Below are positions 11,917 to 26,023 of a DNA stretch of 64,000 nt, one piece after another (the stretch's first letter is position 1; every line of letters starts with the position of its first letter). The stretch covers positions 98,456,001 to 98,520,000 of the forward strand of contig NC_043000.1 of the NCBI RefSeq assembly GCF_006345805.1, given 5' to 3'. Under the pieces are notes generated by a model. That model had not been told where the DNA came from. It saw only the letters and a program-made list of their open reading frames with translations, and ran no database searches. The stretch is from Octopus sinensis. Taxonomy: Eukaryota. A program made the position numbers and the translations under genes.

Positions 11917-12340
11917 CAATAAATGGTGGGGTTGTGTTGACCGCACGTGGAGAAATGATAAGCAAGGAAAAATTGTAAAAAGGGAGAATGCTAAATTGAA
12001 AGAAAATTTTAATGAAAATGGGTGTATGGAAAAAGTTTTTGAAAAATTGATAAAATATACATATATATATTAATTCAAACCGGTTTTCGTCATAATGTGA
12101 CTTTTCAAGAATTGTAAAGAAAAATTTTTTTTCTATATATATATATATATAGGAGAGGAAAAACACAACCCCACCATTTACTGACACATACTTCACTCTC
12201 TATTTCGTATCTTATTTAAATTAACTATTGCTTAACCATTTTCTCACACTGTCTCCGATGAAGGGATAAAATAAATATCCTGGAAACAGCTGTAAGACAT
12301 TCTATTTATAAATTTTCTAAATCGCAAATGGATGTTAATT
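11917..12340 (+). mobile_element. Penelope-derived non-coding repeat with partial inverted terminal copy
   Basis: Perfect 19-bp inverted repeat TAAATGGTGGGGTTGTGTT (11920-11938) / AACACAACCCCACCATTTA (12162-12180); contains the hammerhead at 12250. Confidence 0.65.
12250..12299 (+). ncRNA. Minimal type I hammerhead ribozyme motif
   Basis: UGUCU-CCGAUGA-AGGGAUA(AAAUAAA)UAUCCUG-GAAA-CAGCUG-UA-AGACA. Helix III is palindromic (ACAGCUGU), the triplet is GUA, and there is an A.G mismatch at the base of stem II. Confidence 0.7.
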
Positions 12341-12509
12341 TTTCTTTAAAAGAAATGGAGAAAGTGCACAAATGCAAGGATCTGATAAAAGGATAAACAG
12401 AAAATTGTTATTGAAAGCACAAGTAATCTCAATAGAAATTTATGAATTTAGAAAACATTGTAGATAAAAACAAAAGTCTCAGATGTTATACGTATTTTTC
12501 TTTCTTTTT

Positions 12510-12870
12510 TCTTTTCTTTTTACTTGTTCCAGTCATTGCACTGCGGTCCCACTGGAGCACGACTCTGAAGGGTTTAGCCAAACAAATCACCTCCAGTACG
12601 TATTTTTAAGCCTGGTTTCTTTTCGCAGAACTGCAAAGTTATGGGGACATAAACAAGGAGACATCGATTGTCAAGCGATGGTGGAGACACAAAAACACAT
12701 ACACACACCAACGCACACGCACGCACGCACGCACATTCTCACACCGGCTGAGAATATATAAGGACAATCTCCTTTCAGTTTCCCCTCTTCTGAATTTACT
12801 TACAATGCTTTGGTTATCTTGGGGCTATTATGTCCCACGCAGCGGAGATGAACCCGGAACCATGGGGTCC
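12510..12870 (-). mobile_element. Degenerate SINE family G (long SINE with internal microsatellite)
   Basis: Tail TTTACTTGTT.CAGTCAT...GGAGCAC, mid GGGGAC.TAAAC, head TGAACCCGGAACCATG. Relatives at 28960-29165, 35530-36030, 48550-48610, 51165-51310 and 55310-55485. Confidence 0.8.
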
Positions 12871-13249
12871 TATACATATGGATATAACATAAAGAAATTA
12901 ACATAAAAAAATTAGGGCTGCTTATTGCGCATAGTAATATTAATACATTACACACGCGCGATCGCATACACACACGTACACGCGTGCGCATTAACACACA
13001 CAACACACACACAAGAAAGCAAAATACTACACATATTACAACGTACTCCGAACTGCCTTTGGTTGTGCTGTGTAAGCATGCAGTAATGATGATGATGATG
13101 ATGGTCACCCCCGTCGATTTCCACGTATGATTATTTGAAGGAATTATGATTATTTGAAGGAATGATTATTTGAAGTTTATTAAAAAGTTTAAAAAATAAA
13201 AGAAGCTGCATCTATTTGCGATGAATGCATAAATGTAAACTGAGTCTAT

Positions 13250-14540
13250 GGATTTTGCTGTGAAGGTATTTTGCCTGGTATTGGACACATGTGTCTGTTG
13301 ATTGCAGGTCATAATTATCTTTTATTGTTCTGTTTCTTCAACTTAAATTGTTTTGATGCATCATGACACATTTTACGCCATGCATATCGATCTAGGCAAC
13401 ACCTTGCCCAAAATGTCAACTTAAGCTGTAGAGATTTTAATGATTGCTTCAACTTATCCTTACATCTAAAATTGGGTGGTTTTCCTTTACTGTGGTATCC
13501 CTCTACTTGTTGGCCATACAAAAGAATTTTCGGAATATGTCCCACCCGTCTGCATTGAAATCTCAGCAGCATGCATTTGATAACTGAGATATCACATTTT
13601 AAAAAGATTTTGACATTTGATATCTTGTTATTTTATGTTGCAAATATTGTGCAGAGAGCACATGCGAAAGGTTTCAAGCTTCTTTATATGTCTGTAGTAA
13701 GGAGTCCATGCTTCTGCCCCATACAAAAAAGTGTGCTCAATGTAAAAGATTTAGATACATTCATTTTAGTTTTCAGACTGAGTCCGTGTTCATACCACAA
13801 GCGATGAGAAAGTTTTCCAAGAGCACTTGAAGCATTAGATATTCTAACATTGATTTCGTACTCTTAAAGTTTACTGTACTTTCAAGCTATTCAAATGACC
13901 TGACCCATTTGAGTCGCTTATTTTCAATCATCCCATTTGAATCTTGAGTATGTTCTTTCCCAGGCTTTGGTTGAAGTAAGATTTCAGTCTTATCGATGCT
14001 GATGGTCAGCCCAGTTGCACTAGCTGCCGCAGCAAACCCGTTGACCATTTCCTGAATTCCCTCAAATGTATAAGAAATGAAAACACAATCATCAGTAAGC
14101 AGAAAAATCACGTAGACGCTCTTCCTTTGTCTTCGATCTGTGCGAAACTGAAATTGTACACCTTCTTCTGTGCGAAACTGAAATTGTACACCTTCATGGT
14201 AATCCCTAAAAGCATGTTAGAGTATCATCGAAAAGAATATGGAAAAAAGTATATAGAAACTGAAACACAGCCTTGTTTGGTTTTAGTGACAAGAGAGACT
14301 GCTTCTCTGTTAGATATCACTGTTGCCATCATTTCTTCGTGCAGAGATACTGCTACCCTTATCATTTTATCGAGAAGACCAACTTCTGACAGAATTTTAT
14401 AGAGCGCCTCACGACTCACCGTATCGAAAGCCTTGGTCAAGTTGATAAATATCATGTACAAATCAGTATTTTGCTCACGTGAGTTTCTTGAATTTGCCAA
14501 AGCACAACAATCATGTCAACTGTGCCTCTCCCAATCCGAT
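13250..14540 (-). mobile_element. Degenerate RTE (BovB-like) LINE, RT and C-terminal region
   Basis: ORF fragments EQNTDLYMIFINLTKAFDTVSRE, TKQGCV, LLTDDC...GLTISIDKTEIL and IPKILLYGQ...DRYAWR. Contains an internal 30-bp tandem duplication at 14137-14195. Confidence 0.9.
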
Positions 14541-16092
14541 TCAGGATAGCGGTTAAGAATTATACACGCAAGAATTCGACATGGTGACGTATGCAAAATT
14601 TGTTTTCAGAAATTTCAAAGAAAGTATGCTAGATGACAGTTGCTTTCAACGTTCACGTGATCACCCAATATCAGCGAGGATCGTTAACCATATTCTTTGC
14701 CCTCTTTTTACGCAATCAAACAAAGAATTTCTGTTCAATCCACCGTACTTCACCTGAAATGCCGACTGAATGAAACTGTGGTCCGGTTTGACCCTAATAA
14801 AAATTCGAGGTTCCAATGATATTTTTCGCGGAGATGATAAAACATCATCTGTAGAATATAAAGCAGAAGTTTTACTCATAGCGCGACACTTTAGCCAATG
14901 GACTAGTTGTATTTTGGCTGCTTGTGTATTAAGTGACGCCAACAATGACCGAGCAATTAAAAATGATCATAGCTATTTATTTGTTTATGTTATCATTTAT
15001 TTCAATTCTCTCTTTCTACTCTAACATCTACACTCATTTCACTATCTCTTCCCTTTCCTCTTCCACCGCCTACTGAAAATAAGTCTTGATTTCTTTGAAT
15101 ATGACAGATATTTTATTTTATAAGCAAGAGGAGTGTTTCGTTTAAGTGTCGGATTGATTTCAAGCTTGGTTTCGAATTACTTAGCGCAGTTTCCATAGCA
15201 GTAGTAGTGGTAACGACTATGACCCAGTAAGTAGTAGTAGTCGTCGCGTCGGCTTCGTCGTCGTCGTAGTAGTAGTAGTTGTTGTTGTTGCTGTAGTAGT
15301 AGTTGTTGTTGTAGTAGTAGTTGTAGTAGCAGCAGCAACAGCAGTGTGATTGGGTGAAGATCATACATTTATCAGACTGAATCAAAACGGAAACTGAATC
15401 CGGGTCTCCGACGCTGTATATTACAAATATCCTGCATTTTCCTGTGTTCATCACATCAGAGAGACACATGCTAATATATAACGTATAAGATCACGCAAGC
15501 ATAGATATTAATGATTTTAAAAAGATGCAAGAAACCATGTGGACATTTTACTGTTATTTCGATTTATGGATAAAAACAAGAGCTTTCTTATATTATTTAA
15601 ATATAGGTGAAAGATGATGAAGCAGATCAGATCTGTGATTAAGCGCAATCTAATCATAACCATCTTTCTTTTGAGAGTTATTTTGAAATGTATTTATATA
15701 TTGTTTTTTAAGACATTAAAATGTGGTTTGAGAAAGATTTCATTTAACTCTCCTTTCAATCACATCGAATGAACTCGTGGCTTGAAGTTGCAAAAAGATT
15801 TCAATTATGAAGCAGCTTTGCGTGGAACAAGCTATGGCAGCTACAAAATACCATATCAGACCAGTTCAACCTATTGCAAATCTGAAGGTTTGAGGGTCAG
15901 TCGTGCACAAGGTATACAAAAATACGATTCTCAGTTAAAGTAAATTCGGGACAAACCCCGGAATACGAAGAAACTGGTGCGTGTCTGTGTCCTGAATAAT
16001 TAATCAATCTAATGAAGAGTTTGACAAGATGAATTTCTTCGAAGAGTGAAGAATTCAACTAACATTCTGGGTTCCTGCACGCTGTCTGAGAG

Positions 16093-16146
<54 letters not shown>

Positions 16147-16518
16147 TGAGGAAGAGAGAATGAGAGGAAGGCTGTGAAGTGAAGTAAACTATCATTGTTT
16201 TGGGGAAGGCTTGGAAGTTATACATTCGAGAGTCATCCCTTAAATCCGTGTATGTTCTCAAAAGAAAATAAATATATAAATAAAATAAATGCCGCAAAAA
16301 TTTTCCCAAATGCGCGGGAAGTGTGCCATCACCTCCCACCTAAATGATTTTGCCCACGCAAAATAATAGTTTTGGCGGCAAAAAATATAGTCTGATACCT
16401 CGTATGAGTAGAATGTTCTTTTCATTTCTCTTTTTCTCTTTTTTGGTTAAGAATTCTATGATCCTGCCGATTCATATACACACGTACATGTGAATGTGTG
16501 TGTGTATACATACATACA

Positions 16519-16553
<35 letters not shown>

Positions 16554-16619
16554 GTGTGTGTGTATATATATGTATACGTGTTGTGTTTGTGTATATGTAT
16601 GTATGTATGTATGTATGTA

Positions 16620-16680
<61 letters not shown>

Positions 16681-16684
<4 letters not shown>

Positions 16685-16912
16685 CTTATTAATAAATAAA
16701 ACATATGCATATATACATACATATATGTACGTACCTTCATCTATATGTATATATACATGCATATATGGGTACAGGACACCAAAAATCAAACAAAAAACCG
16801 TCGAACACAATGAGAAACGAAAATATAAACACAAAACCAAGGAAATGGACATTTTTCTTAAACAACGAAAAAATATTCCCCTTCTTCAGCCGCCTCTGTT
16901 TCATCTACCCAC
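16681..16912 (-). repeat. Interspersed repeat (probably Penelope-derived), homologous to about 26990-27240 (+) and related to about 61150-61330
   Basis: Shared GTAGATGAAAC...CTGA(A/T)GAAGGG...TGTTCGACG...GTGTCCTGTAC blocks. Confidence 0.6.
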
Positions 16913-16959
16913 ACATTTACATATACATACATATACACACATATATATATATATATATA

Positions 16960-18219
16960 CAGGTGTTAAACAAAAATATGGAAACACCTAGCATCATAGC
17001 ATCAAAATTTTGAAATATCTATAAAACCGTCAAAAGCTTGTTTATTTTTATGGTTTTTGATTTATTATTAGTGTTGCTTAATATGTTTTGCTAAATTTCA
17101 GATATCATCAGAAAAGGGTAAGTAATTAAAATTCATTAAAATGGCAGATCTATCGGACTTTCAAAGAGGTCAAATTGTTGGTGCTCATATGGCAGGCGCT
17201 AGCGTAACGAAAACTACCGAAATGTTTGGTGTATCAAGAAGTACTGTCGCGAAGCAATACAGCCTTTGAGAAAGTGGGAAAAACCTCTTCATCGAAACAA
17301 AAGTCCGGAAGAAAACTAATACTTTCAGATAGGGACCGTCGGACTCTTACGTGAACTGTTAGAAAGGATCACAAAAGTACATCTTTGAAAATTACTGCAG
17401 AACTTAATGACCACCTCCAGAAGCCAGTTTCTACAAAAACTGTTCGTCGGGAGCTGCACAAAGCCAGATTTCACAGGAAGGCTGCAATCAGAAAACCACT
17501 ATTTTCAAGAACAACGTTGCAAAGCGTTTAGAGTGGAGTAAAAACCTACAGAATTTGTCTCCAGAACAGTGGAAGAATGTTATTTTCTCGGACGAGTCAT
17601 CTTTTGCCTTATTCCCGACCAACGGCCGAGTATACATGTGGAGACAGTCAAAAGAAGCATTTGACCCAGGTTGCCTTCTTCCAACTGTTAAACATGGAGG
17701 AGAATCTGTGATGATCTGGGGTGCTATATCTTGGAAATCCGCCGGTCCAGTGGTTTCCCTTCATGACAGAATTAATAGTCAAGAGTATTTAAGCATTTTA
17801 TCTGAGCAAGTTCATCCTATGGCTGCGGAACCGTTTCCGGAGGGAAACGCAATCTTTCAGGATGATAATGCACCAATTGACGCAGCTAAAGTTGTTACTG
17901 AATGTCACTAGGAACATTCTAGTGAAGTTGAACAACTTATCTGGCCACCACAGTCCCCAGATATCAATATTATCGAGCATTTATGGTGCATTTGAGATAA
18001 ACAAGTAATGATTCAATATCCTCCACAATCATCACTAGGAGAACTGGAGACTGTTTTAGCTGAAGAATGGACAAAAAATTCCATTGGAAACAATTCAAAC
18101 CTTGTACAAGTTCATACCTCCGAGAATTCAAGCTGTAATTATTGCCAAAGGCAGTCCTACCCCTTACTAAAATAATTTTTTAAAAATTTTAAGGTATTTC
18201 CATTATTTTGTCCAACCCC

Positions 18220-18220
<1 letters not shown>
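16960..18220 (+). mobile_element. Full-length degenerate Tc1-like (DD34E) transposon
   Basis: Imperfect TIRs CAGGTGTTAAACAAAAATATGGAAACACC / AGGTATTTCCATTATTTTGTCCAACCCCG flanked by TA. Transposase 17141-18170 has MADLSDFQRGQIVG, FSDESSF, FQDDNAP and WPPQSPDINIIEHLW, with stops and frameshifts. Confidence 0.95.
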
Positions 18221-18270
<50 letters not shown>

Positions 18271-18324
18271 CATACATATATTATAAATACGTAATATATA
18301 TATATGTGTATATATATGGGTATA

Positions 18325-18368
<44 letters not shown>

Positions 18369-18371
18369 CTG

Positions 18372-18423
<52 letters not shown>

Positions 18424-18559
18424 AATATATATATGTATATATGTATATATATGTATAATATATACTATTATATATAAGATGACTTGCACAATGATTTTTA
18501 TAGTGATCAAAGTATATGCTGTATTTTAGCTCAATTCCTCCCTCAAATCGACTTTGCCC

Positions 18560-18722
18560 GAATAAGTGCCCAGTGTATCGCGTGGCAGGTGTCGAAGTGA
18601 TCGCAGCGCAACGCGAAATGAAGTGGTTTGCCCAGGAACACAACGCACCACTCGGTCAAGGAATTGAAATTACGATCTCGCGACTGTGTGTGCAACACTC
18701 TAACTGCTAGGCCATGCGTCTA
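18560..18722 (-). mobile_element. tRNA-derived SINE family D (5' part); fuller copy at 37528-37815 (+)
   Basis: Head GCATGGCCTAG...TTAGAGTGTTGCAC...GAGATCGT..TTTCAATTCC and body CACTTCATTTC.CGTTGC.CTGCGATCACTTCGACAC are shared by both copies. Confidence 0.8.
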
Positions 18723-18775
<53 letters not shown>

Positions 18776-19043
18776 ACAACAACAATAAATGCTCTAATGC
18801 AAGTACTGGCTCTCATGGCTTCTTATCTTACCGATTGGAAGTGTTATCATGTACATGATTTGTCTTGGTGTAAAATTTGGGCTACAGCAAATATTGTACT
18901 CGATATCAAGGATTTTTTTGTCAGTTGTTTCATTTTAACCAGTTGAACATGTTCCTTATTGGCTAACGATATGTACATCTCTGATCACGTGCGGAAATAA
19001 TATAATAAAAATAATAATGATAATAATAATAATAATAATAATA

Positions 19044-19082
<39 letters not shown>

Positions 19083-19135
19083 TAATAATAATGATGATGA
19101 CGTTGATGATGATGATGATGATGTTGATGATGATG

Positions 19136-19189
<54 letters not shown>

Positions 19190-19190
<1 letters not shown>

Positions 19191-19510
19191 GGAAACAGAA
19201 AAGTGTGAGAAATGCCAGTCACTGCGGGACGAAATAGAAAAGTTATGGGACATAAGGAAAGTAATGGTGATACCGGTGGTAATTGGAGCATTAGGAGCAA
19301 TTTTCAAGAGCTTTGAAAAACATATTAAGAATAATGGAGTTGCTGTCAGGCTCGAAGCGATCGAGAAGACAGCATTGTTGGATACAGCTCGCATTCTAAG
19401 GAGAGTATCGTCTCTTTGAGTCACGGGAGAAGGTACTACTTGAAACCTTCGGTGATTTGTTACTGCCTGCTTTCAAGTAAAGAGTAACCGGTAACTAAGA
19501 ACTATCCAAG
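19190..19510 (+). mobile_element. R4/Dong-clade LINE 3' end, embedded in (TAA)n
   Basis: Translates as EKCEK..SLRDEIEKLWDIRKVMVIPVVIGALGAI...IEKTALLDTARILRRV, the typical RLE C-terminus. Flanked by (TAA)n upstream and (CAA)n(TAA)n downstream. Confidence 0.85.
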
Positions 19511-19575
19511 TTAACAACAACAACAACAACAACAACAACAATAATAATGATAATAATAATAATAATAATAATTGC

Positions 19576-19707
<132 letters not shown>

Positions 19708-19778
19708 AATGATGATGATAATGATGATGATGATGATGATGATAATAAAAATAATAATAATAATAATAATAATAATAA

Positions 19779-20762
19779 TCGATTCTTTTTTATTGGCCAC
19801 AAGGGCTGACACGCATGATTACATAAAGGGACAAGACAGGACGAAAGGTTACAAAGGGTTTTGTCCGTTTGTTAAAAGATCCGTGTAAAAAATTTTAAAA
19901 CAATGATTATTATAAACAATGAAAAACTCCAAAAGGGGAGACGTCTCGAAATGATGTTTCCCGGTGGAAAAAACCTACAAAAGCCAACGGGAGCCTGGTC
20001 AAAAAAGCGGGGTGTAGAGAGTCCCTTTCTTCTCTTTTACATTACCTTTTTCTTTGAAGTCACAGGCGAAAATCTGAGAACTGGTCCATTTATACAGGCC
20101 AGTCTCGCACAATTCACCCACCTTTCATAAAACTTGCTATCGGACAGCACTTTCCTCTCTAACCTCATCTTCCTTTTCAAGTGAAACTTGAAAAAGTTGA
20201 TGAGGCCTTGACCCAAAGAGGAAAGTGTCTGACTTTAGCCCTTTCAAACGAGTCCACCACACGACTTCTTTCGCCACAGCCACAAGGCACAAGAAAACGG
20301 CCTCGCCCTCCTTGTTAAAGGAGGTCGGCGGGGCAATCTTCACTATGGATTCGGCCGATAGTCGGATCCGTCCTACACGTGACAGTAGCTGTTCGACATA
20401 AACCCATATTTCAGCAATACTCGGGCACTGGACGAGTGCGTGCAGACGGTTTCGTCGTCCTGGCAACACCTCGGGCAGGCCCGGCTGACGGCACTTCCGT
20501 GCCGTAGAGTTTATCTCGAACAGGCAGAGCCCCTCGGTAGCACTGCCAGGCGAGAGACCTCTGGAAATTATCCATCGGCCCGGCCCGAAAGTCCTCCCGA
20601 ACAGACCGCTCAGTTCGTCGTCTTCAACGCCTAGAGTTTCCCCGAGAACGTCGTCGCATTTTTCCTCCACTAACCCCTCTATAGAACGCTAGAGTGGAGC
20701 TGTAACCGACCGCATTGCCCGCCTGGTGGAGGGGGAGAGGGCTTGACGGCAATCGAGGTGCC
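19779..20762 (-). mobile_element. 5'-truncated L1-clade (Tx1-like) LINE
   Basis: Across frameshifts it reads MDNFQRSLAWQCYRGALPVRDKL...CPRC..DDETVLHALVQCP (zf-RVT/CCHC region), then KEVVWWTRLKG. The 3' UTR ends GCCCTTGTGGCCAATAAAAAAGAATC. Flanked by (AAT)n on both sides. Confidence 0.85.
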
Positions 20763-20798
<36 letters not shown>

Positions 20799-20999
20799 TA
20801 TTATTATTATTATTATTATATTCTTTTCTACTTTAGGCACCAGACTCGAAAATTTGGGAGAGGGGCCAATCGATTAGATTGACCCTCGTACGCAACTGGT
20901 ACTCAATTTATCGGCCTCGAAAGGATGAAAGGTAAAGTCGACCTCGGCGGAATTTGAACTCAGAACATAAGGACAGACGAAATAATACTTATAATAATA

Positions 21000-21600
21000 T
21001 TGAAGAAACAATAGCCGATCACGTTTCGGGATGTTCTATTTTGACAACAAACGAATATAAAAATCGTCACGAAAGGGTAGAATAGTATTTACATTGGACA
21101 ATATGTAGACATTACAAAATCAATACTCCTGCTTATTGGTATGAACATCATCATCCTGAGCCAGTAGCTGAAGGTAGAAATGTTACTATCCTCTGTGATT
21201 TTCCAGTCCGACAGAACGATCCAGGCTAACCGACCAGACGTAATTATTAAAGACAGGAAAGAAAATACTTGTAGACTAATAGATGTAAGTGTTCCCACAA
21301 ATAAAAATACATCTGTAAAGGAATTTGAGAAGTTATATAAACATAAGGACATGAAAATTGAAATACATATGATGAGGCATCCTAAAGTATGAACCGTTCC
21401 TGTTATTGTAGGTGCCCTAGGTATAATAAAAGAGGAATGCCAGAAAAAATGTGGATAACATCTCAGGAGAACCGTGTCTCTGAGATATCCAAAAGATTGT
21501 GCTGACAAGTACTACCCACATCCTTAGAAAAACCCTATCCATTTAAATCTCTGTGTTGTATTACATGATGATATTTTGCTACACTATCCCCTGCTACTTC
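21000..21600 (+). mobile_element. R4/Dong-clade LINE 3' fragment (second subfamily)
   Basis: Reads ETIADHVSGC...RH, HHPEPV, QANRPDVIIKD...LIDVSVP, EFEKL, PVIVGALG and IQKIVLTSTTHILRKTL (zinc knuckle plus PD-(D/E)xK RLE). Confidence 0.88.
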
Positions 21601-21763
21601 CCCTCCCCAAGCTTTCAGTTATACTGTAAAATCTCATATTCTTCACTCGCTAGGCGTGTCTCGGCAAGTGATTGCAACAAATATGCAAATTAAAAATAAG
21701 TGACAATAATAATAATGATGATAATAACGATGGTAAATGATGATGCTGGTGATGATAATAATA

Positions 21764-21794
<31 letters not shown>

Positions 21795-21999
21795 TCATAA
21801 TAATAATAATAATTCCTATGATATCCAAAAAGACCGCCAGAAGCATTTAAGACAATACACAAAGAGGGACAATTGGGATTTATGTAAAAAAATCGTATAA
21901 AGAATAAAAATAATAGTAAATAAGAGAATTACAAAAACAAAATTCTCCTAAAGAAAGAAAACAGCACCCGGTATCCATAAAAAAACTTCATTGATCCCG

Positions 22000-23150
22000 A
22001 GTCACGTTACTAGAAGTACCATGGACACTGCTCTTCTCTCTTCCGTACTTTTCAGCAAAAGAGGTGCATTCTTAGAGCAGGTCCATTCACTTGGGTCGTT
22101 CCTACTACATTCACCTACCTTACCTACAAATTAACTGGGAGCATCATTTCACTCTTCGCTCTGCTGTTCATTTCCAAGTAGAACTTGAAAAAGTCGATAA
22201 CTGCATGGATGAAAATGAAAGAGTCTGTGTTCACTCCTTTTACTCACATCCACCATACAACCTCTTCCACTATAGACACCACACAGAAAATTGTTTGCCA
22301 TTACCAGCCAAAGGAAGGCAGCAGGCGATCTTCACGATGGAATCGGCCTTTAACTGTATCATTCTGACGCACAATTGTAGCTACTTGACGAAACTCTACA
22401 AGTTCATCCAGTACTACGGGAGCATACAGGATGGTTTCGTCGATCTGCGAGCATTTCAGACGGGTGCAGCTGGAATTTGTATAACTGACTGTTTCCCTCC
22501 ACAAAAATTTCTAGCGCTGCACTTATTTTTGAAATGATATTTTGTTATGGATTCAAGATTATATCTGTATATTTCATCTTCCCGTAATCGATAGAATAAA
22601 TTGCAACGAAGTGCTACAGTACCATGTCTGTAGAGATTTATGTTAAATCAACAATGCTCCGCTCACTGAAAGCTCTGCTAATCCAAGGATTTCTGGAAAT
22701 TAGTCACAGGCCCCGGCCCGAATGTCCGGATAACACCAGCCAGTTGATTTCAACGACGCTAAAAGATTCCCCGAGAATGTCGTCGATCTTGCCTACCACA
22801 AATCCTCTTGTATAGAATGCCAAGGTGGAACATTCACCGACTGCATTGTTCGACTAACAGAGGAATGTGATCACCTTACAGCAGTCAGTTGTCAGATGCC
22901 CTCTCTTGGTCTACGCTTAGTCCAGGACCGCAATTCTGTCAAAGAGACGAGCTACAGAAAAGCGAGTCAAACAAACGGCGACCACACTTGGTCATAGTCA
23001 AAAAAATTTGGATATATAGTCCGAGCGCATGTCTGCGTATCATTCGCCACTGCTTATCCAGTCCTGCAGATGTTGTCAACAAATGGGCCATCTGACCAAT
23101 GGAAGACGTCCTCTCCGTAGAAAGCAGAAGAGCAATTGTTCCATTCTTGT
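22000..23150 (-). mobile_element. Older Tx1-like L1 fragment, interrupted by a SINE-derived piece (about 22473-22600)
   Basis: GACGACATTCTCGGGGAA...TTCGGGCCGGGG...AATTTCCAGA aligns with 20560-20660. Translation gives IDETILYA, VEEVVWWM, IDFFKFYL and VNGPALR. Confidence 0.75.
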
Positions 23151-23395
23151 CAGCTATGAAAGGGGACTATGGTTTCAAATTTTGGCATGCAGCTAGCAAT
23201 TGTAGGGTAAGGGTTAAGTCGATCACATCGCCCCTAGTACTTATCTCAGTCTAATACGTGTTTTTCTTTTTATTCGAAATTATACGTATATATTTATGTA
23301 CACGTACGCACACACATTTTATTTATATAAACCATGTGCAGTTTGTAAATTGTAAGCATTTTGCCACACTTGCTTCTTTGATTATTTTATATATT

Positions 23396-23487
<92 letters not shown>

Positions 23488-24656
23488 CTTCGTTATTATT
23501 TATTTTATCGATTACGGAAAGATGAAATATACAATATGAATCTTGAATCCGTAGCTAAAAATCACTTCAAACATAGGTGCAGCGCTAGAAATTTTAGAGA
23601 AGGGGAAACAATCAGTTATACAAATTTCAGTTTTTGACAAGAACTTTATTTTATAGGTCCCGGAATGATGAAAGGCAAAGTTATCTCGACTGGATCTGAA
23701 CTGAAAGTGTAAAGTGTTGAAAGAAATGGCTTTCGTTAGGGATGGTCTACATAACCATTCAGGATACGGGAGTGAATCGTTATCACATGTCACTTTGTGG
23801 CAAACACATGTCATATAGTTGCAATAGAATGCTGTATCACCAACAATAATGTGATTTCTTTGAGACATCACCCAATAATCTATCGAATCCATTTATACAT
23901 CATACTGCTATTATGATTTCCTTTCCTTATTTTTATGCCTCCATCATAGATGGGTAGATCTACCAGTTGAATTAATGGAACAACTGAAAATATGTTAAAT
24001 ATATGAATGTCCGTGATTCAGTTTCGCACCTAATAATTATGACTTTAAATACAATTCCATTGTGATCAGTTAAGAGTAGGGTAAGGAATATCGACGAATA
24101 TGCAATAACATGTGAAACTGTTGTCGAATAGTTCCTTCTTTTACTATCTCCAATGACATTGTGTTAATGTGGCACGTTTTCGACGACTGTATAATGAATC
24201 TAAGTGTAATTTATAAATGCAGTGACGGCTAAAATCACTAGATTTACTTTTATTAATACGGACTAATATTATCATTCTAGCAGGGCTAAGCTAGTTATCT
24301 AATTGAAAGTACGTTGTTCTAGTTTTGCATTTTTGTAGTATGTAATTAATTTCTATTTGTCAGCAACATTCCTAAATAGAAAAAAATAAAACATTAGGTT
24401 TATTGTCTTGAATTAAGATGGTAGTAATTAAGAATGATGTATATGATTCATGTATTAAGAATTATCCTAATTTGTTATGATAATATATTAATGTATTCTT
24501 TTATATATATATCTTATAAGTCCATGGTATGTTGCTATTCGGAAGATATATTTTGTGTTAACAACTGCGAGCTTAAAAACTAGGCAATACATAGTCAGGT
24601 AGGTATGTAGATAAACCTATAGAATGGTTGTGTATATATACCAACATACCTACCTA

Positions 24657-25943
24657 CGAGGGACGTTCAATAAGTAATGCCCCTGACCCACTTGCAGTTG
24701 TTTGATCTAGCTGTAATTTTGCATGTGTAATTATTTATATCTTTATAGATTAAGTGGCAAATTACAGCTCTGAACTAATTGTGGTTTCTGATTTACAGGT
24801 GTTTGAACTGAGTCAAGTGTGAAATGGAGCCTGTTGAGTGTCGAGCAGTGATCCGTTTTTGTATTTGAAAGGACGCACACCTCGGGAAACTTTTGATGAA
24901 ATGAAAGTAACTTATGGTGATGATGCCCCATCATATGACCTTGTAAAACGCTGGCATCGAGAATTCAAACATGGTCGGAACTCTGTGGAAACAGCTCCCA
25001 GATCTGGTCGCCCTCCTTCTGCCATTGATGAGGCATCTGTCCGACAAGTTGAGGCTGCCATTTTGGAAGATCGACGCATAACTATTCGCCAAATAGCCCA
25101 TGAGGTCAAGATTAGTACTGGGTCTGTGGAAATTATCATTCATGACCACTTGCATATGCAAAAGATGTCTTCCAGATGTATTCCTAGGTTGCTCATACCT
25201 TTCCAGAAGCAAGAACGCGTCGAGTGCTCGAAGATGAATTTGGAGATATGCCAAGAAGATGAGTCAACATTATTCAAAAGACTGATTACACAGGATGAGA
25301 CCTGGGTCCATCACTATGATCCAGAGACCAAAGCCCAGTCAATGCAATAGAAGCACCATGACTCACCTCCTCCAAAGAAGGCAAGGGTGCAGCCCTCTGC
25401 TGGCAAGGTCATGCTCACATTCTTCTGGGACCAGGATGGAGTAGTGATGACAGATTTCCTGGCAAAGGGTACCACAATTACAGGAGCCTATTATGCTTCA
25501 CTTTTAAGGAAATTAAGAGAAGCTATCAAAATCAAGAGGCAGGGCAAGATCAGCAAAGGCTTCCTCCTGCAAGACAACGCTCCGGTCCACAACTCGCGTG
25601 TCGCCAGATCAGAAGCACAGGCATGTGGCTATGAACTCCTCCCCCATCCCCCTACTCTCCTGACCTTGCACCTTCTGATTTTCACCTCTTCCCAGCCATG
25701 AAGTTGTTTATGAAAGGAAAGCGTTTCCCAGATGATGCAGCCTTGATTTCTGAAGTCACGTCGTGGTTGGAGGACCAAGCTGGGGTCTTCGATAAAAACG
25801 GTCTCCAGAGCTGCATCAAACGATGGTAGAAATGCGTAACTCTGGGTGGTTCCTATGTAGAAAAAGACTAATAACTGTGCCAAGTTTCGTTGCTCTACTG
25901 CTATAGGAAGTGGGTAGGGGCACTACTTATTGAACGCCCCTCG
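24657..25943 (+). mobile_element. Full-length (1287 bp) mariner, irritans-like (DD34D), inactivated
   Basis: 28-bp TIRs CGAGGGACGTTCAATAAGTAATGCCCCT / AGGGGCACTACTTATTGAACGCCCCTCG with TA TSD. Transposase 24824-25871 has SGRP, ITQDETWV, LQDNAP and HPPYSPDLAPSDF; frameshifts near 24855, 25570 and 25650, stops at 25348 and 25827. Confidence 0.97.
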
Positions 25944-25991
25944 TACCTACCTAGCTACCTACTTGCATACATACATACATACATACATACA

Positions 25992-26023
<32 letters not shown>

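Noticed and set aside
13123-13175. Short tandem repeats (ATGATTATTTGAAGGA x3; also 14137-14195 and about 58275-58330) considered as CRISPR-like
   Set aside because: There are no unique spacers or cas genes and the context is eukaryotic; these are slippage duplications.
14560-15010. Cluster of CRE, octamer-like, E-box and CCAAT motifs, a possible promoter of the minus-strand gene
   Set aside because: Short motifs occur by chance, and no TSS or first exon could be linked from sequence alone.
22091-22537. 148-aa non-repetitive plus-strand ORF
   Set aside because: It is the antisense of a degenerate Tx1 ORF2 C-terminus.
22473-23635. Roughly 130-bp inverted repeats 900 bp apart, suggesting a foldback transposon
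   Set aside because: Both arms look like decayed SINE A core and tail sequence, and the interior is Tx1. Independent insertions are the simpler explanation.
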